Assembly (NCBI GenBank): GCA_000934665.2
Contig: KZ538503.1
Location: 45,760 to 65,759 of the forward strand
DNA: 20,000 bases
Source of the DNA: Catajapyx aquilonaris
Taxonomy: Eukaryota
Direction of reading: 5' to 3'
Under the pieces are notes generated by a model. The model was given only the letters and a program-made list of their open reading frames with translations. It ran no database searches and was not told where the DNA came from. Positions 13,270 to 20,000 of this stretch are shown in pieces. Within the stretch, counting starts at the first letter, position 1, and the number at the start of each line of letters is the position of its first letter. The position numbers were made by a program, and so were the translations under genes.

Positions 13270-13655
13270 TTTCCAATAACAGCCGTTGAAAATAATATTT
13301 TGATAACTGATATTGAAAACAATATTACAATAATAACAGCTGCTGAAAATAATATTTCGATAACTGCTGCTTGAAATAATATTTCAATAACAGCTGTTGA
13401 AAATAATATTTCGATAACTGATGCTTGAAATAATATTTCAATAACAGCAGTTGAAAATAATATCACGATAACTGATGCTTGAAATAATATTTCAATAACA
13501 GCAGTTGAAAATAATATTTTGATAAAATAATGACTTTGAAACTGATATTTCAGTAACATCTGATGAAAACAATATTTCAATTGCAGATGTTTCAAATAAC
13601 ATTTCAACAACAGCTTTTGACAAAACAATAGTTCAATATAACAGCTGTTGAAATA
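13270..13655. repeat. AT-rich 27-bp minisatellite with 54-bp dimer periodicity
   Basis: Alternating monomers AATAACAGCAGTTGAAAATAATATTTC and GATAACTGATGCTTGAAATAATATTTC, degenerating toward the right end. Confidence 0.9.
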
Positions 13656-15317
13656 TACTCTTAGAAGAATGTTGCCTATCAGGGGTCGAATCTCAAATAT
13701 TTTGTCCGCGTGCAGAGTTTGCATTCCAAATGAAAGTCTGGAGTGCAAATTACTTACTTGGAGTGCTTAATTTTTAATTATTGGATTGAGCAATGTTAAA
13801 AAGCAGTACCAAATGGAGTACAAACCTTGCACTCCATGGCTCACTTTGGAGTGCAAGTAACAATTTTGAAGTGCCTGCATCCTAATATTTCGTCCCTAAT
13901 GTATGTCATTGCCACACGCAACAATAGGGCCTGTAACCAGATTTATGAAACCCAATTTTTTTTGACAATATATTGCACACAGTGTAGGAAATGTAGGACA
14001 CTAGGTCGTTCAGCCTTTACTCGGTTACGATCATATTAATCCGATATTAATAGGTCGTCTCCAAGGATTACTGGGGGGGACACTTCATCACGAGGATCAA
14101 AGCGAATGCCGTTACTGGCAGGAAACTTTGTTTGAGAGCTGGGTGGGGGGTGAGGGGGTGTATGGCAGAGGGGGGAGAAGGGCATCAAAGTGAGGGAGGG
14201 GTAAAAGTTGGGGGTAAAGTGCAGGCAGGTCATTTCCAGCGGCCAAATAGCCTTTCAGATCGGGTCGGTAGCGAAAGTGGACGTGGTCGAGAACTCTTTC
14301 CGAAAAAGAGAGAGAGAGAGAAAAAAAAGTGGTGAAGAAAAAGGGTTGACATAGTTACTCAAATGACCTCAGAGAGATTGGATGGTCCGGATCCCAAATA
14401 GTCCGGAAATGACATCTTGAACCGGTTGGGTGGAGCATGTCTTGTACTTACTAATCTGATGTATTTTCAGCCACTTGAACTCGGGTACTGACTTCACAAG
14501 CGAAAAATCAGGATAATGAACAAAATATATGACACTGTTCATTAAAATGTCAGGATTAATTTAGAGCACGACGTTCAGTTTTAATCAATGTATAAATTAT
14601 GCATGGGCCTCTGTTTGTCCGCGGCAAATCACCAGTAGTGTGCAGAGCGCCAACTATGTGACACGTAAGGTACTACGTATGTCCACAGTCGGGGGGCCAG
14701 GGCAGTGTTGCCAAGTGATTACATATTTTTAATTAATTTGCATTGAAACAACATCCATGATGTATGCACCCAAATGAATGCAATTTAAAAAAATATTATG
14801 TGATATTGTGCTTACATTGGGAGTACCTGTATCCCTTGATAATACAGGTGAGGACTCGATTAATGAAGAAGTCCCTTCACGTCCCAACACCACTCCGTAT
14901 TTTTTTTTTGCGCCCCAGAAAAGATTCCTCCAGTAGATGATCTGATTGTGGCGACAACTTCCTTTTTATTCCAAAGCTCCCCCCATTAATTAGGCAGTAG
15001 GCAAGATGGTGCTGAATCCGCTCAATCAAGCCAGCCCCACCTCCCCATCGACGACTCGTTAAGAATTCATGATCTCACCTCTCTCTTAATTAAACCCGCC
15101 TTCCTTCTTTACACTTACAAAGGCGAGGAAAACCCAAGTGATGTAGCTGAAGCACCGTTTTTTTACCTAATAGAAATAAACACTCCTGATCAGCCCAATC
15201 TAATGGCCGCCACTTCTCATAATTATCATCAATTTAAAGATCTGAGGCCTATAGAGAGGAATATCTTTTTAGCCACTATATATAGTAGCAGAAAACTATA
15301 GTTCGTCTCAAGGGCAT

Positions 15318-15545
15318 GAAATGGGTACGAAATGGGTATAAAATGGACAAACATGGATTTTCATATACCCATTTTGTACCAATTTTATGTGTTAATACCC
15401 GTGCGAAGAACTGGTTCCCTGCTATTATCTTCTATGATATAAAATGCAATGTTCGTTTGTTTGTTTGCCCATATTTTATACCAATTTCGTATCAATTTTA
15501 ATGTGCTCTTTAATACCATTGCGATGAACTGGTTCCCTGTTATAA
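15318..15545. repeat. Mixed inverted/direct repeat cluster (likely DNA-transposon subterminal remnant)
   Basis: AAATGGGTACGAAATGGGTATAAAATGGACAAAC (15319-15352) is inverted relative to 15463-15499. Direct repeats TAATACC..TGCGA(A/T)GAACTGGTTCCCTG occur at 15393 and 15511. Confidence 0.65.
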
Positions 15546-15671
15546 TTGAGTAATTTTTTAAATATTTTACCCCGTGATTTCCCTTACGGGAGCTATAAGG
15601 GGGTGGCATACCACCATCAGTTTTCTGTATATATTTTCACTTCATTCACCGGTGCAGGGAAACAGATATAA

Positions 15672-15794
15672 CCTCCTGAGACCCCTGGTACAGTATACTG
15701 TACCTCTGCTTTTTCCAGCACCTTCTGACTAACTCAAACGCGTAAAAAAACAAAAACAAAGGTGATTGAAAGGTGTACTAGGGGTCTCAGGAAG
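15672..15794. mobile_element. piggyBac-like 123-bp MITE
   Basis: 21-bp TIRs CCTCCTGAGACCCCTGGTACA / TGTACTAGGGGTCTCAGGAAG with 2 mismatches. Flanked by ATAA on both sides (15668-15671 and 15795-15798). Confidence 0.7.
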
Positions 15795-16045
15795 ATAATT
15801 ATGTAATTACAGACAAATAAACTTTGCATTTTATATAATTATAGATAGATAATAACAAGGAATAAGATCTTCGCATAAAATGGGCATAAAAAACAAAGTT
15901 TAGATATTCATATTGATAAATAAATGGATTTTTTCTTTCTTTTATGAACTTTCTGTGGACGTGTTGTTGAAGTTTATTTTTAATGCTGCATTTTGAGACC
16001 TCTGATTAATTCTTTTTTCCCCCCCGTCTTTTTATCTTCCTGTAG

Positions 16046-16145
16046 CTTGGATGCTGGGCTGGGTGATGTGCAAGACGGTACCGTACGTGCAAGGAGTGGC
16101 CGTGGCAGCCTCGGTCTACAGCCTGATAGCAGTCTCCCTCGACCG
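16046..16145 (+). CDS. SIFaR: Internal coding exon of a class A neuropeptide GPCR, SIFamide receptor-like (ECL1-TM3-DR motif)
   Basis: Preceded by a polypyrimidine tract and TGTAG acceptor (16011-16045) and followed by a GTAAGT donor (16146). Translates as (x)[32 protein letters not shown](R), with the WxxG..C ECL1 motif, the conserved TM3 Cys and DR split by the intron. From memory this closely resembles arthropod SIFamide receptors ([35 protein letters not shown]). No other exons were recognised in the window. Confidence 0.9.
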
Positions 16146-16325
16146 GTAAGTGAGTGAACGCAATGCACGCAAGTATCGCACTTTACCTGCAGCAAAATGA
16201 GATGAAAGTAGTGGCATGGCGCAGGGCAGGGCGCAATCCGGGCCAGCAGGAGGGGAAGGGGGTAGGTACCCCTACTCCCCAGTATCGGATTTCACCAGAG
16301 CTGCAGCCGGGCCTACACCCCAGAT

Positions 16326-16407
16326 GCAGTCTTGGCCGAGTGGTTAAGGCGTTGGACTTGAAATCCAATGGGGTTTCCCCGCGTAGGTTCGAATCCTGCA
16401 GACTGCG
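16326..16407 (+). tRNA. tRNA-Ser (anticodon TGA)
   Basis: 82-nt cloverleaf: acceptor GCAGTCT/AGACTGC with discriminator G, D-arm GCC/GGC with A box TGGCCGAGTGG, anticodon stem TTGGA/TCCAA with loop CTTGAAA, long variable arm GGGG-TTT-CCCC, and T arm GTAGG-TTCGAAT-CCTGC (B box). No encoded CCA, as expected for a eukaryote. Confidence 0.97.
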
Positions 16408-16414
16408 ACATTCG

Positions 16415-16422
16415 TTTTTTTT
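16415..16422 (+). terminator. RNA polymerase III terminator (T run) for tRNA-Ser
   Basis: Run of 8 T starting 7 nt after the tRNA 3' end. Confidence 0.85.
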
Positions 16423-16764
16423 CTTCTTCTTCTTTTTTTGATACGGTCACCGAGTTTCCTTCACGGACGACTTGGCGACCTTGCTTCCGGATCGCCTCCC
16501 CCAACAAAACTCCCTACACGCTTCCAAGCACCCGACAAGTGTCAAGAACATCCATTACCAGCGATTAATCGATTTCCGTTATCTTAAGCTCGAGCTGGAA
16601 AGACAATCAAATCTCCTACCCTCCTCAAGTCCAAGGCCTGCTCACGAGGCTTTGCAATATTAATAACATCGGGATTCGCAGAAACTTGAGGCAGTACAAT
16701 CGTGGAAAAGGAGTAAGTTAGCAGACCTGAAGCTCAAATTAGCCTCCAAGAGAAGCGCTTACTA

Positions 16765-17457
16765 CACTGTAAATCGCAAACCATTATACAGGGTGTTTCA
16801 ACTTTTTTGTGCGAACAGTTATCGGAAAATTGCGCCTAGCTGCTACTTTGCAAGCAGTGACTTGCAACCGGTGATTTGTCGGAGGAATGGGGAATGGGGG
16901 AAAAAGAGTGTCACACATCCCATGGCATGTGTGACCCTCTTTTTTCCAGGCTTGACCCTCAATTTTCAGCGGGTATGCCACTTCAGCCTACGATTCGCAG
17001 AGAATATTCCCCGTTCCTCCGAAAAATCACCGTTTGCAAGTCACTGATTACAAAGTAGCAGCTACGTGCAATTTTCCAATAACTGTTCGGACAAAAAAAT
17101 TGAAACACCCTGTATAAGAGCATCCCTACTGAGTCCCATGTAACACCACTTTTAATGCTCTTGTAATGTTCTTGTTACTTTTTAGCAAAAAAGCAGTACA
17201 AGAGCATTACAAAAGCACGATCAAAGCATCAAGGAACTTCAATTTTAATGCTCTTTAATGCTCATGTTATGTGAATGTTATGCTCTTGTGATGCTCTTAT
17301 AATGCTCTTATTGCAAGGTTTTTATTGCTCTTTAGTAACAAGAGCAATATCAAAGCATCATGGAATGTCAATTTTTAATGATCTTTAATGCTCTTGTTTT
17401 TGATGATTTTAGCAACAAAAAAGCATCACAAGAGCCTGAAAAATGGTTTTTACATTG
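16765..17457. mobile_element. Longer copy of the 1921-2090 family, interrupted by the mariner-type MITE
   Basis: Begins TA|CACTGTAAATCGCAAACCATTA and resumes after the MITE with AGAGCATCCCTACTGAGTCCCATG..TTTTAATGCTCTTG, colinear with the reverse complement of about 2010-2090. Many ATGCTCTT/AAGAGCAT repeats follow at 17150-17480. The degenerate right end is TTTTTACATTG (about 17447-17457). Confidence 0.7.
16789..17112. mobile_element. Tc1/mariner-type MITE with ~107-bp terminal inverted repeats
   Basis: 16789-16895 (CAGGGTGTTTCAAC...GGAATGGGGAAT) is the near reverse complement of 17006-17112. Both ends are flanked by TA (TATA). The centre contains a small palindrome, GTCACACAT...ATGTGTGAC. 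No coding capacity. Confidence 0.9.
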
Positions 17458-19177
17458 GTGGTGCTCTTTTAATGCTTTTTGGCCATTTGTAGTCACGATG
17501 AGGAGGCTAGTTTGAGCTTCAGGTCCATTAATGTGAAGCTTGGGAGTTAGCCTACGGGAGAGGTTCCATCTACCTCACGAGTAGTGATGATGAGGCTAAT
17601 TTTAGTTTCAGGTCTGCTACCTTACTCCTTTCTACTTAATACACTATCCCGACTCTTAAAACTTTTTTAAAGAAGCATTTGTGCTAGTACGGCCTTGAAA
17701 AGACTCGGAAGGGGGGTATAGGAGGGGTGGAGTTAACAGCATTTTTAGTCGGCAGTAAGGGTCAGGAATAGCACCGGTGAAGAGCGTGACTGAGCCTGGA
17801 AAACTCTCGATTCCGGACAAAAAGCGATCGTGACAGGCCCAGTTTACACAAACTACCTTAATTTTTACGGCCGGTGCTTTTTCCGCCCAGGGAATTCTCG
17901 AGTAAGTTTCAAGGGACAGACCCTCCCCCCCCCTCGCCCTCCACCACAAAACGATGACCTTCACCTCAATCCACGCAACTTCTTTTTTTAAAAATCATCG
18001 CAAAAATAATAAATTGGGTTGGTTGTACCGCACATATAAAAGAGGAAGGAAAAAAACCCTGGTTGAATGAGATCAATTACAAGACCTGTAGTGAATCGCT
18101 TCAGTTAGGAATTGAGTTTGTGGGGGAATAATCTTGTTGGAAACTTTTCTTTTTCCTTCCCCCCCCCCCCCATGAAACGTGACTCTCATTACTGAAAAAA
18201 AACCCGTCGGCCCAGTACTTATCCAACTTTATTGTATCATAGAACTATGGATCGTGATTGTTCGTAACTTTTTTTTTGCAGTGAAGTTTCAATTTTTGAA
18301 TGGTCGAATCGTATATAAAGATAGTACTTGATGTACGGTCGTTCATGCCAATTTCTCCGGTGTAATGAGAGGTGCGTACTCCCCTTTCATACCTATGGCA
18401 CCTCCCACCTGCATGCACAACAGTAATGATTGAAATGTCCGAGCTGGCAAGGTGCGTGAGCAAATAAGATTTCTGGGCACCAGTGGGGCAGGTAGTACAG
18501 TATTAATACCTAACATGTCCCAAAATATAGGGTGTGTATGTGCTCGTAAAATGTCCCTGAGGGCCAACTGAAACAGACGGAAGCCGCTAAATTGCGACGC
18601 TGATTTACTCACACGGAAACCTCTCTTTAAGCCCCTCCCAACTCTCCATAGCCCCGCCCACCTCCCTCTTAAGCCCCGCCCACTTTGACTGGATTTATCA
18701 GATGAAACAGTCCCCTGGACGTCCCTGACCCAGGCCACTAAGGGTGACTTCCTAGAGTTCCGGATTCGCGTGCCGGACTTTCTCTGCCTCCCAACCCAAC
18801 TCCCCCAGCTTTGCTTCCAAGCAAAACCAAAACTTCAAGGCAAAGCAATTGGCGAGCCCAACACCCCGGAAAACGCGGGAACCCGGAAGACTTGCTGCAC
18901 AGCTAGCTACTTTTCCGGGCGAGCGAGGCGTCAGCTGGGATCCGGTCTTCCGGAACCGGATTTCTGGACAAGGTCAAGGCCGAAGTCTGCTTAATTCATC
19001 CTGGAGAAGGAGGAAACTTAATGCTTTGCTTTTTGATCAAATGATTCCAGGTTTAAACAGGGTGTCTGATGAGTCGGTGGAAATCTCGCGGAAACATGTT
19101 TCTCCAACCATTTTAACGGGAAGTTAGAGGTAACGGGCGTTTAACTTTGTTGATATTGAATGTAAACTACAGTTTGA

Positions 19178-19695
19178 TCTTAATGGCCAGTTAACTATCG
19201 GTACAATTTATGGTGTGACTCTTAAACTAACGTTATCTCTTAACGGCTAGTTAAATGTTAACTAACTGAAGCTCATGGCTTATTGGCCAGTTAACTAATG
19301 GTACCATTTATGATGTGTCTCTTGAACTATCGTTATCTCTTAACGGCCAGTTAAATGTTAACTAACTGAAGCTTAAGTTGGCTTATTGGCCAGTTAACTA
19401 GCGGTACCATTTATGGTGTGACTCTTCAACTATCGTTATCTCTTAACGGCTAGTTAAATATTAACTAACTGAAGCTTAAGTTGGCTTATTGGCCAGTTAA
19501 CTAATGGTGCCATTTATGATGTGTCTCTTGAACTGTCGTTACCTCTTAACGGCCAGTTAAATGTTAACTAACTGAAGCTTAAGTTGGCTTATTGGCCAGT
19601 TAACGAATGGTACCATTTATGGTGTGACTCTTAAACTATCGTTATCTCTTAACGGCCAGTTAAATGTTAACTAACTGATGCTTAAGTTGGCTTAT
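19178..19695. repeat. Tandem array of ~5 x 103-bp units (satellite-like)
   Basis: The marker CGTTA(T/C)CTCTTAACGG recurs at 19231, 19331, 19434, 19537 and 19640, giving periods of 100, 103, 103 and 103. Confidence 0.95.
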
Positions 19696-20000
19696 ACTCA
19701 GGGACACATAAATTTATTTGTCACGAATGTTGCTTCTGTCGTGATAGCTAGTCGTTGAAGGCTTAATCAACTCTTTGTGACACCCTGTATACCCTGCTTC
19801 AACATCAAATTATGCGATTCCGGGTGGGAGGTGGGAGTGGGTATAACCAGCTGTTCAGATCAAGCTCCCTGAATTTAATCAACCTTCGGATTTTTTTCAC
19901 TATTTTTTCTTATTTTCTCACGAACAGGGTCAAAATTCGATTCGGAATCTACATGCTTATTACATTTTTTTCTCCATTTCTTATGATTATTCCTAATTAC

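Noticed and set aside
13248..13748. 166-aa ORF with TAVIEILFQASVIEILFS repeats
   Set aside because: Simply the translation of the 27/54-bp minisatellite.
16326..16407. Selenocysteine or suppressor tRNA, because of TGA in the loop
   Set aside because: Anticodon TGA reads UCA (Ser). tRNA-Sec has anticodon TCA and longer acceptor and D stems.
15980..16568. ORFs overlapping the exon and tRNA (15980-16195, 16154-16441, 16313-16507 etc.)
   Set aside because: Shadow frames of the GC-rich exon and tRNA region.
18651..18683. Two GCCCCGCCCAC GC boxes suggesting a promoter
   Set aside because: No associated exon or TSS evidence, and the motif is also common in transposon remnants.
19066..19100. CTGATGAG...GAAA resembling a hammerhead ribozyme core
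   Set aside because: No stem II closing G-C pair before either GAAA and no convincing stems I/III.

Overview
Eukaryotic, almost certainly arthropod, genomic DNA that is mostly intronic. There is one convincing coding segment: a 100-bp internal exon (+, 16046-16145) missing from the ORF track. It encodes the ECL1/TM3/DR region of a rhodopsin-class neuropeptide GPCR most like the SIFamide receptor. An intact tRNA-Ser(UGA) gene lies 180 bp downstream in the same intron. The rest consists of small non-autonomous DNA-transposon elements (Tc1/mariner-type, CMC/CACTA-like, piggyBac-like, one nested in another), a 201-bp local duplication overlapping a long hairpin, and several tandem arrays. Two arrays show dimeric higher-order structure and appear bounded by short inverted termini. 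None of the supplied ORFs looks like a real protein. I found no well-supported novel multi-gene system. The most interesting signals are the intronic tRNA, the nested MITEs, the arrays inside putative transposon ends, and the long hairpin.
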